Source: Escherichia coli (GTDB lineage Bacteria; Pseudomonadota; Gammaproteobacteria; Enterobacterales; Enterobacteriaceae). From it: a stretch of 64,000 nucleotides of DNA. Below are positions 22,724 to 33,328 of this stretch, piece by piece. The notes beneath the pieces were generated by a model. It saw only the letters and a list, made by a program, of their open reading frames with translations, ran no database searches and had not been told where the DNA came from. The translations under genes were made by a program, and so were the position numbers. Positions within the stretch are counted from its first letter, which is position 1. Each line of letters opens with the position of its first letter. Location: NCBI RefSeq assembly GCF_003334255.1, contig NZ_QOWU01000012.1, one strand, 5' to 3'.

Positions 22724-24403
22724 ATGAAACAGAAAATTACGGATTACCTGGACGAAATCTACGGTGGAACATTTACCGCAACTCATTTACAGAAACTTGT
22801 AACGCGTCTTGAGAGTGCGAAACGATTAATTACACAGCGACGTAAAAAACACTGGGATGAAAGTGATGTCGTGTTAATTACCTATGCCGATCAATTTCAC
22901 AGCAATGATTTAAAACCATTACCCACATTTAATCAGTTTTACCATCAATGGCTGCAAAGCATTTTTTCACATGTTCATTTGTTGCCGTTTTATCCATGGT
23001 CATCTGATGATGGCTTTTCGGTAATTGATTATCATCAGGTCGCCAGTGAAGCGGGGGAGTGGCAGGATATTCAGCAACTCGGTGAATGCAGTCATTTAAT
23101 GTTTGATTTTGTCTGCAACCATATGTCGGCAAAAAGTGAATGGTTTAAAAACTATTTACAACAGCATCCAGGTTTTGAAGATTTTTTTATTGCCGTTGAC
23201 CCGCAAACCGATCTCAGCGCCGTCACTCGCCCGCGTGCGTTACCGTTATTAACGCCATTCCAGATGCGCGATCATTCAACGCGCCATTTATGGACCACCT
23301 TTAGTGACGATCAAATTGACCTGAATTACCGTAGCCCTGAAGTGTTGCTGGCGATGGTGGATGTTTTACTCTGTTACCTTGCGAAAGGTGCTGAGTATGT
23401 CCGCCTGGATGCCGTTGGCTTTATGTGGAAAGAGCCGGGAACAAGCTGCATCCATCTGGAAAAAACACATCTGATTATCAAACTGTTACGGTCGATTATT
23501 GATAACGTTGCGCCAGGTACAGTGATCATTACCGAGACCAATGTTCCGCATAAAGACAACATTGCTTACTTTGGCGCAGGCGATGACGAAGCACATATGG
23601 TGTACCAGTTCTCGCTGCCGCCACTGGTGCTGCATGCGGTGCAAAAACAGAACGTTGAGGCGCTTTGTGCGTGGGCGCAAAACCTGACACTACCTTCCAG
23701 CAACACCACCTGGTTTAACTTCCTCGCCTCTCACGATGGCATCGGGCTAAACCCGCTACGGGGCTTGTTGCCTGAAAGCGAAATATTAGAGCTGGTCGAG
23801 GCGTTACAGCAGGAAGGTGCATTAGTAAACTGGAAAAATAATCCCGACGGTACACGCAGTCCGTATGAAATAAATGTGACCTATATGGATGCGTTAAGCC
23901 GCCGTGAGAGTAGCGATGAAGAACGTTGCGCCAGGTTTATCCTTGCCCATGCGATTTTGTTAAGTTTCCCCGGTGTGCCAGCGATATATATTCAAAGTAT
24001 TCTTGGCTCGCGTAATGATTACGCAGGTGTCGAAAAACTCGGATATAACCGTGCGATTAACCGTAAAAAATATCACAGTAAAGAGATAACCCGAGAACTG
24101 AACGATGAAGCTACATTAAGGCATGCGGTATATCATGAGTTGTCGCGTTTAATTACACTTCGTCGCAGCCATAACGAGTTTCATCCGGATAATAATTTTA
24201 CCATTGATACGATTAATTCATCCGTAATGCGTATTCAAAGAAGTAACGCTGATGGTAATTGTCTGACTGGATTGTTTAATGTCAGTAAAAATATTCAGCA
24301 TGTAAATATTACTAATCTGCATGGTCGGGATCTGATTAGTGAAGTTGATATATTGGGTAATGAAATAACGCTGCGCCCCTGGCAGGTTATGTGGATTAAA
24401 TAA
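22724..24403 (+). CDS. ycjM: GH13 sucrose-phosphorylase-like glycoside phosphorylase YcjM, 559 aa
   Basis: ORF track 22697..24403; ATG at 22724 preceded by ggaaagg RBS; first gene of the ycjM-V cluster. Confidence 0.85.
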   Translation: MKQKITDYLDEIYGGTFTATHLQKLVTRLESAKRLITQRRKKHWDESDVVLITYADQFHSNDLKPLPTFNQFYHQWLQSIFSHVHLLPFYPWSSDDGFSVIDYHQVASEAGEWQDIQQLGECSHLMFDFVCNHMSAKSEWFKNYLQQHPGFEDFFIAVDPQTDLSAVTRPRALPLLTPFQMRDHSTRHLWTTFSDDQIDLNYRSPEVLLAMVDVLLCYLAKGAEYVRLDAVGFMWKEPGTSCIHLEKTHLIIKLLRSIIDNVAPGTVIITETNVPHKDNIAYFGAGDDEAHMVYQFSLPPLVLHAVQKQNVEALCAWAQNLTLPSSNTTWFNFLASHDGIGLNPLRGLLPESEILELVEALQQEGALVNWKNNPDGTRSPYEINVTYMDALSRRESSDEERCARFILAHAILLSFPGVPAIYIQSILGSRNDYAGVEKLGYNRAINRKKYHSKEITRELNDEATLRHAVYHELSRLITLRRSHNEFHPDNNFTIDTINSSVMRIQRSNADGNCLTGLFNVSKNIQHVNITNLHGRDLISEVDILGNEITLRPWQVMWIK

Positions 24404-24416
24404 AAAGGAACATCTC

Positions 24417-25709
24417 ATGATTAAATCAAAAATCGTGCTGTTATCAGCACTGGTTTCATGCGCCCTGATTTCAGGCTGTAAAGAAGAAAATAAAACGAAT
24501 GTATCCATCGAATTTATGCATTCTTCGGTGGAGCAGGAGCGCCAGGCCGTTATCAGAAAATTGATTGCCCGTTTTGAAAAAGAAAACCCTGGCATCACCG
24601 TTAAGCAAGTGCCCGTGGAAGAAGATGCTTATAACACTAAAGTCATTACTCTTTCACGTAGCGGTTCGCTGCCGGAAGTGATCGAAACCAGCCATGACTA
24701 CGCCAAAGTGATGGACAAAGAGCAGCTTATCGATCGCAAAGCGGTTGCCACAGTCATCAGCAACGTTGGTGAAGGCGCGTTTTACGATGGCGTACTGCGT
24801 ATTGTGCGTACCGAAGATGGTAGCGCATGGACCGGTGTTCCTGTCAGCGCCTGGATTGGCGGTATCTGGTATCGCAAAGATGTGCTGGCAAAAGCGGGGC
24901 TTGAGGAGCCGAAAAACTGGCAACAGCTGCTGGACGTTGCACAGAAACTGAATGACCCGGCGAATAAAAAATACGGCATTGCGCTGCCTACAGCAGAAAG
25001 CGTGTTGACGGAACAATCCTTCTCCCAGTTTGCGTTATCCAACCAGGCTAACGTCTTTAACGCCGAAGGCAAAATCACCCTTGATACACCAGAGATGATG
25101 CAGGCACTGACCTATTACCGCGACCTTGCTGCCAACACTATGCCGGGTTCTAACGACATCATGGAAGTGAAAGACGCCTTTATGAACGGCACCGCGCCGA
25201 TGGCGATTTACTCCACCTATATCCTTCCGGCTGTGATTAAAGAAGGCGACCCGAAAAACGTCGGTTTCGTGGTGCCAACCGAGAAAAACTCTGCGGTCTA
25301 CGGCATGTTGACCTCGCTGACCATTACCGCCGGGCAAAAGACCGAAGAGACGGAAGCAGCAGAAAAATTTGTCACCTTTATGGAGCAGGCAGACAACATT
25401 GCCGACTGGGTGATGATGTCGCCAGGTGCTGCGCTGCCGGTGAATAAAGCGGTGGTGACTACCGCCACCTGGAAAGACAACGACGTTATTAAGGCGCTGG
25501 GTGAACTACCGAATCAGCTAATCGGTGAACTGCCAAATATTCAGGTTTTTGGCGCAGTAGGGGATAAAAACTTTACCCGCATGGGTGATGTGACGGGTTC
25601 TGGCGTGGTGAGTTCAATGGTGCATAACGTCACCGTGGGTAAAGCCGATCTCTCTACTACGCTGCAAGCGAGCCAGAAAAAACTGGATGAACTGATCGAA
25701 CAGCACTAA
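24417..25709 (+). CDS. ycjN: Sugar ABC transporter periplasmic binding protein YcjN
   Basis: ORF track 430 aa; lipoprotein-type signal peptide (LISGC). Confidence 0.85.
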   Translation: MIKSKIVLLSALVSCALISGCKEENKTNVSIEFMHSSVEQERQAVIRKLIARFEKENPGITVKQVPVEEDAYNTKVITLSRSGSLPEVIETSHDYAKVMDKEQLIDRKAVATVISNVGEGAFYDGVLRIVRTEDGSAWTGVPVSAWIGGIWYRKDVLAKAGLEEPKNWQQLLDVAQKLNDPANKKYGIALPTAESVLTEQSFSQFALSNQANVFNAEGKITLDTPEMMQALTYYRDLAANTMPGSNDIMEVKDAFMNGTAPMAIYSTYILPAVIKEGDPKNVGFVVPTEKNSAVYGMLTSLTITAGQKTEETEAAEKFVTFMEQADNIADWVMMSPGAALPVNKAVVTTATWKDNDVIKALGELPNQLIGELPNIQVFGAVGDKNFTRMGDVTGSGVVSSMVHNVTVGKADLSTTLQASQKKLDELIEQH

Positions 25710-25729
25710 ACCCAGGACAGGAATCCGCA

Positions 25730-26611
25730 ATGAACAGGCTTTTTTCAGGTCGTTCCGATATGCCCTTTGCGCTGCTGCTTCTCGCGCCCAGCTTATTACT
25801 GCTGGGCGGTCTGGTGGCGTGGCCGATGGTGTCGAATATCGAAATCAGTTTTTTACGTCTGCCGCTCAATCCCAACATCGAGTCAATGTTTGTTGGGGTG
25901 AGCAACTATGTGCGTATCCTCTCCGATCCCGGCTTCTGGCATTCGCTGTGGATGACGGTCTGGTATACCGCGCTGGTGGTGGCGGGCAGCACCGTGCTCG
26001 GGCTGGCGGTGGCGATGTTTTTCAACCGCGAGTTCCGCCTGCGCAAAACCGCGCGTTCGCTGGTGATCCTCTCCTACGTAACGCCGTCCATTTCGCTGGT
26101 GTTCGCCTGGAAATACATGTTCAACAACGGCTACGGCATTGTTAACTACCTCGGCGTCGATCTTCTGCATCTCTATGAGCAGGCACCGCTGTGGTTCGAT
26201 AATCCGGGCAGTAGCTTTGTGCTGGTGGTGCTGTTCGCCATCTGGCGCTACTTCCCGTATGCCTTTATCTCGTTTCTGGCGATTTTGCAGACCATCGACA
26301 AATCGCTGTACGAAGCGGCAGAGATGGATGGCGCTAATGCCTGGCAACGGTTTCGTATCGTCACGCTGCCCGCAATTATGCCGGTCCTGGCGACGGTGGT
26401 GACACTGCGCACCATCTGGATGTTCTACATGTTCGCGGATGTTTATTTGCTGACGACCAAGGTCGATATTCTCGGTGTATATCTCTACAAAACCGCCTTT
26501 GCCTTTAATGATTTAGGAAAAGCGGCGGCGATCTCGGTGGTGCTCTTCATCATTATTTTCGCTGTCATTCTGCTGACCAGGAAACGGGTGAACCTCAATG
26601 GCAACAAATAA
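25730..26611 (+). CDS. ycjO: Sugar ABC transporter permease YcjO
   Basis: ORF track 293 aa; MalF/G-type permease with EAA-like loop. Confidence 0.85.
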   Translation: MNRLFSGRSDMPFALLLLAPSLLLLGGLVAWPMVSNIEISFLRLPLNPNIESMFVGVSNYVRILSDPGFWHSLWMTVWYTALVVAGSTVLGLAVAMFFNREFRLRKTARSLVILSYVTPSISLVFAWKYMFNNGYGIVNYLGVDLLHLYEQAPLWFDNPGSSFVLVVLFAIWRYFPYAFISFLAILQTIDKSLYEAAEMDGANAWQRFRIVTLPAIMPVLATVVTLRTIWMFYMFADVYLLTTKVDILGVYLYKTAFAFNDLGKAAAISVVLFIIIFAVILLTRKRVNLNGNK

Positions 26612-27440
26612 ACGCACACTCAGTCGCATCGGTTTTTACTGCGGGCTGGCGCTGTTTCTCATCATCACGCTGTTTCCATTTTTTGTGATGCTGATGACCT
26701 CGTTCAAGGGCGCGAAAGAGGCGATCTCACTGCATCCTACGCTGCTGCCGCAGCAGTGGACGCTGGAGCATTACGTCGACATTTTTAACCCGATGATTTT
26801 CCCGTTTGTCGACTACTTCCGTAACAGTCTGGTGGTGTCTGTGGTTTCATCCGTGGTGGCGGTATTCCTCGGCATTCTTGGGGCTTACGCGCTTTCCCGC
26901 CTGCGCTTTAAAGGTCGGATGACCATCAACGCCAGCTTTTACACGGCGTATATGTTCTCTGGCATTTTGCTGGTGGTGCCGCTTTTCAAAATCATCACCG
27001 CGCTTGGCATTTACGACACTGAGATGGCGCTGATCATCACCATGGTGACGCAAACTCTGCCCACCGCCGTGTTTATGCTGAAAAGCTACTTCGACACCAT
27101 CCCCGATGAGATCGAAGAAGCGGCGATGATGGATGGCCTCAACCGTCTGCAAATTATCTTCCGCATCACCGTGCCGTTGGCGATGTCCGGGCTGATATCC
27201 GTGTTCGTCTACTGCTTTATGGTGGCGTGGAACGACTATCTGTTTGCGTCGATTTTCCTCTCCAGCGCCAGCAATTTCACCTTACCGGTGGGCCTGAACG
27301 CGCTGTTCAGTACGCCAGATTACATCTGGGGACGGATGATGGCGGCCTCACTGGTGACCGCATTGCCGGTGGTGATTATGTATGCGCTTTCGGAACGTTT
27401 TATTAAGAGTGGTTTGACCGCCGGTGGCGTGAAGGGCTAA
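26598..27440 (+). CDS. ycjP: Sugar ABC transporter permease YcjP
   Basis: ORF track 280 aa; overlaps ycjO by 14 nt. Confidence 0.85.
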   Translation: MATNKRTLSRIGFYCGLALFLIITLFPFFVMLMTSFKGAKEAISLHPTLLPQQWTLEHYVDIFNPMIFPFVDYFRNSLVVSVVSSVVAVFLGILGAYALSRLRFKGRMTINASFYTAYMFSGILLVVPLFKIITALGIYDTEMALIITMVTQTLPTAVFMLKSYFDTIPDEIEEAAMMDGLNRLQIIFRITVPLAMSGLISVFVYCFMVAWNDYLFASIFLSSASNFTLPVGLNALFSTPDYIWGRMMAASLVTALPVVIMYALSERFIKSGLTAGGVKG

Positions 27441-27470
27441 AGCGGCCAGTTTCTTTACAAGGAGTTTTAA

Positions 27471-28523
27471 ATGAAAAAGTTAGTAGCCACAGCACCGCGT
27501 GTTGCTGCGCTGGTTGAGTATGAAGATCGGGCGATTTTAGCTAATGAAGTGAAGATCCGCGTGCGTTTCGGCGCACCGAAACACGGAACGGAAGTGGTCG
27601 ACTTCCGCGCCGCCAGCCCGTTTATTGATGAAGACTTTAACGGCGAATGGCAGATGTTCACTCCGCGTCCGGCAGATGCGCCGCGCGGCATTGAGTTTGG
27701 CAAATTCCAGCTTGGCAACATGGTGGTTGGCGACATTATCGAGTGCGGCAGCGACGTTACCGACTACGCGGTGGGCGACAGCGTATGCGGCTACGGCCCG
27801 CTCTCCGAGACGGTCATCATTAACGCAGTGAATAACTACAAGCTGCGCAAAATGCCGCAAGGCAGCTCCTGGAAAAACGCCGTCTGCTACGACCCGGCGC
27901 AGTTTGCCATGAGCGGCGTGCGCGATGCCAACGTGCGCGTAGGGGATTTTGTGGTGGTGGTAGGGCTTGGCGCAATCGGTCAAATTGCCATCCAACTGGC
28001 TAAACGCGCTGGCGCTTCTGTGGTGATTGGCGTCGATCCTATCGCCCATCGCTGTGATATTGCCCGTCGCCACGGCGCGGATTTCTGCCTTAACCCCATC
28101 GGCACTGATGTAGGTAAAGAGATCAAAACGCTGACCGGCAAGCAGGGTGCCGATGTGATTATCGAAACCAGCGGCTACGCCGACGCGCTGCAATCGGCGC
28201 TCCGCGGTCTGGCTTATGGCGGCACCATCTCCTATGTCGCGTTTGCCAAGCCGTTTGCCGAAGGTTTTAACCTCGGACGCGAAGCGCATTTCAATAACGC
28301 CAAAATTGTCTTCTCTCGCGCGTGCAGCGAACCGAACCCGGATTATCCGCGCTGGAGCCGCAAGCGTATTGAAGAAACCTGTTGGGAACTGCTGATGAAC
28401 GGTTATCTCAATTGCGAAGATTTAATCGACCCGGTGGTGACCTTTGCCAATAGCCCGGAAAGCTATATGCAGTATGTCGACCAGCATCCGGAACAGAGCA
28501 TCAAAATGGGCGTTACGTTTTAA
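27471..28523 (+). CDS. ycjQ: Zn-dependent sugar dehydrogenase YcjQ (MDR family)
   Basis: ORF track 350 aa; NAD-binding GLGAIGQ motif. Confidence 0.85.
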   Translation: MKKLVATAPRVAALVEYEDRAILANEVKIRVRFGAPKHGTEVVDFRAASPFIDEDFNGEWQMFTPRPADAPRGIEFGKFQLGNMVVGDIIECGSDVTDYAVGDSVCGYGPLSETVIINAVNNYKLRKMPQGSSWKNAVCYDPAQFAMSGVRDANVRVGDFVVVVGLGAIGQIAIQLAKRAGASVVIGVDPIAHRCDIARRHGADFCLNPIGTDVGKEIKTLTGKQGADVIIETSGYADALQSALRGLAYGGTISYVAFAKPFAEGFNLGREAHFNNAKIVFSRACSEPNPDYPRWSRKRIEETCWELLMNGYLNCEDLIDPVVTFANSPESYMQYVDQHPEQSIKMGVTF

Positions 28524-28541
28524 TTCAAAGGAATGAAAAAA

Positions 28542-29330
28542 ATGAAAATCGGCACACAGAATCAGGCGTTCTTTCCGGAAAACATTCTGGAGAAATTTCG
28601 TTATATCAAAGAGATGGGCTTCGATGGTTTTGAGATTGACGGCAAACTGCTGGTCAACAACATCGAAGAAGTCAAAGCGGCGATCAAAGAAACCGGTTTA
28701 CCGGTGACCACCGCCTGCGGTGGCTATGACGGCTGGATTGGTGACTTTATCGAAGAGCGTCGTCTTAATGGCTTAAAGCAGATCGAACGCATTCTCGAAG
28801 CGCTGGCAGAAGTGGGCGGTAAAGGTATCGTCGTTCCGGCAGCGTGGGGCATGTTTACCTTCCGCTTACCGCCGATGACTTCACCGCGTAGTCTGGACGG
28901 CGACCGCAAAATGGTGAGTGATTCCCTGCGCGTACTGGAGCAGGTCGCCGCGCGTACCGGAACCGTGGTGTATCTCGAACCGTTAAACCGCTATCAGGAT
29001 CATATGATCAACACCCTCGCCGATGCTCGTCGTTACATCGTCGAAAACAATCTTAAACATGTGCAGATTATCGGGGATTTCTATCACATGAACATCGAAG
29101 AAGATAACCTGGCGCAGGCGCTGCACGACAACCGTGACTTGCTCGGTCATGTGCATATTGCCGATAACCATCGTTACCAGCCGGGCAGCGGCACCCTCGA
29201 TTTCCACGCGCTGTTTGAACAGCTGCGCGCCGATAACTATCAGGGTTATGTGGTGTATGAAGGGCGTATCCGGGCAGAAGATCCTGCCCAGGCGTACCGT
29301 GATTCGTTGGCCTGGTTGCGTACCTGCTAA
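28542..29330 (+). CDS. ycjR: Sugar-phosphate isomerase/epimerase (TIM barrel) YcjR
   Basis: ORF track 28533..29330; start taken at MKIGTQNQAFF. Confidence 0.8.
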   Translation: MKIGTQNQAFFPENILEKFRYIKEMGFDGFEIDGKLLVNNIEEVKAAIKETGLPVTTACGGYDGWIGDFIEERRLNGLKQIERILEALAEVGGKGIVVPAAWGMFTFRLPPMTSPRSLDGDRKMVSDSLRVLEQVAARTGTVVYLEPLNRYQDHMINTLADARRYIVENNLKHVQIIGDFYHMNIEEDNLAQALHDNRDLLGHVHIADNHRYQPGSGTLDFHALFEQLRADNYQGYVVYEGRIRAEDPAQAYRDSLAWLRTC

Positions 29331-29339
29331 GAGGTCTTT

Positions 29340-30395
29340 GTGAAAAGTGCAATGACAAGCTCTCCGCTGCGGGTCGCGATAATAGGCGCAGGCCAGGTTG
29401 CGGATAAGGTCCATGCTTCGTACTACTGCACCCGCAACGATCTGGAACTGGTGGCTGTCTGTGACAGCCGCCTTTCCCAGGCGCAGGCGCTGGCAGAAAA
29501 ATACGGGAATGCATCCGTGTGGGACGATCCGCAGGCCATGCTGCTGGCGGTGAAACCTGACGTGGTTAGCGTCTGCTCACCTAATCGTTTTCATTACGAA
29601 CATACCCTGATGGCGCTTGAAGCGGGCTGCCATGTGATGTGCGAAAAACCGCCCGCCATGACGCCAGGTCAGGCGCGGGAAATGTGCGATACCGCGCGCA
29701 AACAGGGCAAGGTGCTGGCCTACGACTTTCACCATCGTTTTGCGCTCGATACGCAACAGCTGCGTGAACAGGTGACCAACGGCGTTTTGGGAGAGATTTA
29801 CGTTACCACCGCCCGCGCCCTGCGTCGCTGCGGCGTTCCCGGCTGGGGTGTCTTTACCAATAAAGAACTGCAGGGTGGTGGCCCGCTGATCGACATCGGC
29901 ATTCATATGCTGGATGCTGCGATGTATGTGCTGGGCTTTCCGGCGGTGAAAAGCGTGAATGCGCATAGCTTTCAAAAGATCGGCACGCAAAAGAGCTGTG
30001 GTCAATTTGGTGAGTGGGATCCGGCAACTTACAGCGTCGAAGATTCGCTGTTTGGCACCATTGAATTTCATAACGGCGGCATTCTGTGGCTGGAAACGTC
30101 ATTTGCACTCAACATCCGCGAACAGTCGATTATGAACGTCAGCTTTTGTGGTGATAAAGCTGGTGCGACGCTGTTTCCAGCACATATCTACACCGATAAC
30201 AACGGTGAATTAATGACGCTGATGCAACGGGAAATGGCAGACGACAACCGCCATTTGCGCAGCATGGAAGCCTTTATCAATCACGTACAGGGCAAGCCCG
30301 TGATGATAGCCGACGCCGAGCAGGGGTACATCATCCAGCAACTGGTGGCGGCGTTGTATCAATCCGCAGAAACAGGGACGCGTGTGGAATTATGA
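29340..30395 (+). CDS. ycjS: Gfo/Idh/MocA-family NAD-dependent oxidoreductase YcjS
   Basis: ORF track 351 aa (GTG start); Rossmann N-terminus LRVAIIGAGQVA. Confidence 0.85.
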   Translation: MKSAMTSSPLRVAIIGAGQVADKVHASYYCTRNDLELVAVCDSRLSQAQALAEKYGNASVWDDPQAMLLAVKPDVVSVCSPNRFHYEHTLMALEAGCHVMCEKPPAMTPGQAREMCDTARKQGKVLAYDFHHRFALDTQQLREQVTNGVLGEIYVTTARALRRCGVPGWGVFTNKELQGGGPLIDIGIHMLDAAMYVLGFPAVKSVNAHSFQKIGTQKSCGQFGEWDPATYSVEDSLFGTIEFHNGGILWLETSFALNIREQSIMNVSFCGDKAGATLFPAHIYTDNNGELMTLMQREMADDNRHLRSMEAFINHVQGKPVMIADAEQGYIIQQLVAALYQSAETGTRVEL

Positions 30396-32659
30396 CCAGG
30401 CCAGTAACGTTATCAGAACCCCATTTCAGCCAGCATACCCTGAACAAGTATGCATCGCTGATGGCGCAGGGGAACGGCTATCTTGGGCTTCGCGCCAGCC
30501 ATGAAGAAGATTACACGCGCCAGACGCGAGGGATGTATCTGGCGGGGCTGTATCATCGGGCGGGAAAAGGTGAAATCAACGAACTGGTGAACCTGCCTGA
30601 TGTCGTGGGGATGGAGATTGCCATAAATGGTGAGGTTTTCTCGTTATCCCACGAAGCCTGGCAGCGTGAGCTTGACTTTGCCAGTGGCGAATTACGCCGC
30701 AATGTTGTCTGGCGTACCAGCAACGGCTCAGGTTACACCATCGCCAGCCGTCGCTTTGTTTCGGCAGACCAACTGCCGCTCATTGCGCTGGAAATCACTA
30801 TTACGCCACTGGACGCCGACGCGTCAGTGCTGATTTCAACAGGCATTGACGCCACGCAAACCAATCACGGTCGCCAACATCTCGACGAAACCCAGGTGCG
30901 GGTGTTTGGTCAGCATCTGATGCAGGGGAGCTACACCACCCAGGATGGACGCAGTGATGTGGCCATCAGCTGTTGCTGTAAGGTGAGCGGTGATGTGCAG
31001 CAATGCTATACCGCCAAAGAGCGCCGTTTACTGCAACATACCAGTGCGCAGCTTCATGCAGGCGAGACAATGACGTTGCAAAAACTGGTGTGGATCGACT
31101 GGCGGGATGACAGGCAAGCTGCTTTAGACGAGTGGGGCAGCGCGTCGCTTCGCCAGCTTGAAATGTGCGCGCAGCAGAGTTACGACCAACTTCTTGCAGC
31201 ATCAACAGAAAACTGGCGTCAATGGTGGCAGAAACGTCGTATCACGGTAAATGGCGGCGAAGCGCACGATCAGCAAGCGTTAGATTATGCGCTTTATCAT
31301 CTGCGCATCATGACGCCTGCCCACGACGAGCGCAGCAGCATTGCGGCAAAAGGCTTAACCGGCGAAGGCTACAAAGGCCACGTTTTCTGGGATACAGAAG
31401 TATTTTTGTTACCGTTTCATCTGTTTAGCGATCCGACGGTTGCCCGAAGTTTACTGCGTTATCGCTGGCACAACTTGCCAGGCGCGCAGGAGAAAGCGCG
31501 ACGCAACGGCTGGCAGGGCGCGCTATTTCCGTGGGAAAGCGCGCGCAGCGGCGAAGAAGAGACGCCGGAATTTGCCGCCATTAACATTCGCACCGGGCTG
31601 CGGCAAAAAGTGGCCTCGGCGCAGGCGGAACATCATCTGGTGGCCGATATCGCCTGGGCGGTTATTCAATACTGGCAGACCACGGGGGATGAAAGTTTCA
31701 TTGCGCATGAAGGCATGGCGCTACTTCTGGAGACGGCAAAGTTCTGGATTAGCCGCGCGGTGAGAGTTAACGATCGTCTGGAAATTCATGATGTTATTGG
31801 GCCAGACGAATATACCGAACATGTCAATAATAATGCATACACCAGCTATATGGCCCGCTACAACGTTCAACAGGCGCTGAATATTGCCCGCCAGTTCGGC
31901 TGTAGCGACGATGCGTTTATCCATCGCGCCGAAATGTTCCTCAAAGAGCTATGGATGCCAGAAATTCAGCCCGACGGCGTTTTGCCGCAGGATGATTCGT
32001 TTATGGCTAAGCCGGCGATTAATCTGGCGAAATACAAAGCGGCGGCGGGGAAGCAAACCATACTGCTGGATTATTCACGCGCAGAAGTGAACGAGATGCA
32101 GATCCTCAAACAAGCTGATGTGGTGATGCTCAATTACATGCTGCCGGAGCAGTTCTCAGCGGCATCGTGTCTTGCCAATCTGCAATTTTATGAACCGCGC
32201 ACTATTCACGACTCGTCATTAAATAAAGCAATCCACGGCATTGTTGCCGCACGCTGTGGCCTGCTGACCCAAAGTTATCAGTTCTGGCGCGAGGGGACTG
32301 AAATCGATCTTGGTGCTGATCCGCATAGTTGTGATGATGGTATCCATGCTGCCGCAACTGGCGCTATCTGGCTGGGGGCGATTCAGGGTTTTGCCGGGGT
32401 GAGCGTGCGTGACGGTGAATTGCATCTCAATCCGGCGTTACCTGAGCAGTGGCAACAGTTGTCTTTCCCTCTGTTCTGGCAGGGCTGCGAATTACAGGTC
32501 ACTCTTGACGCGCAGCGTATTGCGATTCGAACTTCTGCGCCCGTTTCACTGCGTTTGAACGGTCAGCTTATAACCGTGGCTGAAGAATCTGTTTTCTGTT
32601 TGGGTGATTTTATTTTGCCCTTCAATGGGACCGCTACCAAACATCAGGAGGATGAATGA
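30392..32659 (+). CDS. ycjT: GH65 kojibiose phosphorylase YcjT
   Basis: ORF track 755 aa; 4-nt overlap with ycjS; GH65-like. Confidence 0.85.
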   Translation: MTRPVTLSEPHFSQHTLNKYASLMAQGNGYLGLRASHEEDYTRQTRGMYLAGLYHRAGKGEINELVNLPDVVGMEIAINGEVFSLSHEAWQRELDFASGELRRNVVWRTSNGSGYTIASRRFVSADQLPLIALEITITPLDADASVLISTGIDATQTNHGRQHLDETQVRVFGQHLMQGSYTTQDGRSDVAISCCCKVSGDVQQCYTAKERRLLQHTSAQLHAGETMTLQKLVWIDWRDDRQAALDEWGSASLRQLEMCAQQSYDQLLAASTENWRQWWQKRRITVNGGEAHDQQALDYALYHLRIMTPAHDERSSIAAKGLTGEGYKGHVFWDTEVFLLPFHLFSDPTVARSLLRYRWHNLPGAQEKARRNGWQGALFPWESARSGEEETPEFAAINIRTGLRQKVASAQAEHHLVADIAWAVIQYWQTTGDESFIAHEGMALLLETAKFWISRAVRVNDRLEIHDVIGPDEYTEHVNNNAYTSYMARYNVQQALNIARQFGCSDDAFIHRAEMFLKELWMPEIQPDGVLPQDDSFMAKPAINLAKYKAAAGKQTILLDYSRAEVNEMQILKQADVVMLNYMLPEQFSAASCLANLQFYEPRTIHDSSLNKAIHGIVAARCGLLTQSYQFWREGTEIDLGADPHSCDDGIHAAATGAIWLGAIQGFAGVSVRDGELHLNPALPEQWQQLSFPLFWQGCELQVTLDAQRIAIRTSAPVSLRLNGQLITVAEESVFCLGDFILPFNGTATKHQEDE

Positions 32660-33315
32660 AACTGCAAGGGGTAATTTTCGATCTGGATGGTGTAATCACC
32701 GATACCGCGCATCTGCATTTCCAGGCGTGGCAGCAGATTGCCGCTGAAATTGGCATCAGCATTGATGCGCAGTTTAACGAATCCCTAAAAGGGATCAGCC
32801 GCGATGAGTCTCTGCGGCGCATTCTGCAACACGGGGGCAAAGAGGGCGACTTTAACTCGCAGGAGAGGGCGCAACTGGCGTATCGCAAAAATCTGCTCTA
32901 TGTCCACTCACTACGCGAGTTGACGGTCAACGCTGTTCTACCCGGCATTCGCTCTTTGCTGGCAGATCTCCGTGCACAGCAGATCTCGGTTGGGCTGGCT
33001 TCTGTCTCCCTGAATTCGCCGACGATTTTAGCGGCGCTGGAGCTGCGCGAGTTTTTCACCTTCTGCGCGGATGCTTCCCAACTTAAAAACTCGAAACCGG
33101 ACCCGGAAATCTTTCTCGCCGCCTGTGCAGGGCTGGGCGTGCCGCCGCAGGCATGTATCGGCATTGAAGATGCGCAGGCGGGCATTGACGCCATTAACGC
33201 CAGCGGTATGCGCTCGGTGGGGATCGGCGCGGGCTTAACCGGGGCGCAATTACTGTTGCCTTCAACGGAATCACTCACCTGGCCGCGGTTATCGGCCTTC
33301 TGGCAAAACGTATAG
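32656..33315 (+). CDS. ycjU: Beta-phosphoglucomutase YcjU (HAD superfamily)
   Basis: ORF track 219 aa; HAD motif [11 protein letters not shown]. Confidence 0.9.
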   Translation: MKLQGVIFDLDGVITDTAHLHFQAWQQIAAEIGISIDAQFNESLKGISRDESLRRILQHGGKEGDFNSQERAQLAYRKNLLYVHSLRELTVNAVLPGIRSLLADLRAQQISVGLASVSLNSPTILAALELREFFTFCADASQLKNSKPDPEIFLAACAGLGVPPQACIGIEDAQAGIDAINASGMRSVGIGAGLTGAQLLLPSTESLTWPRLSAFWQNV

Positions 33316-33328
33316 CAAAGGAATCAAC

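Noticed and set aside
27537-28289. 250-codon minus-strand ORF
   Set aside because: Antisense to ycjQ inside an operon transcribed on the plus strand; Ala/Arg-rich low-complexity translation.
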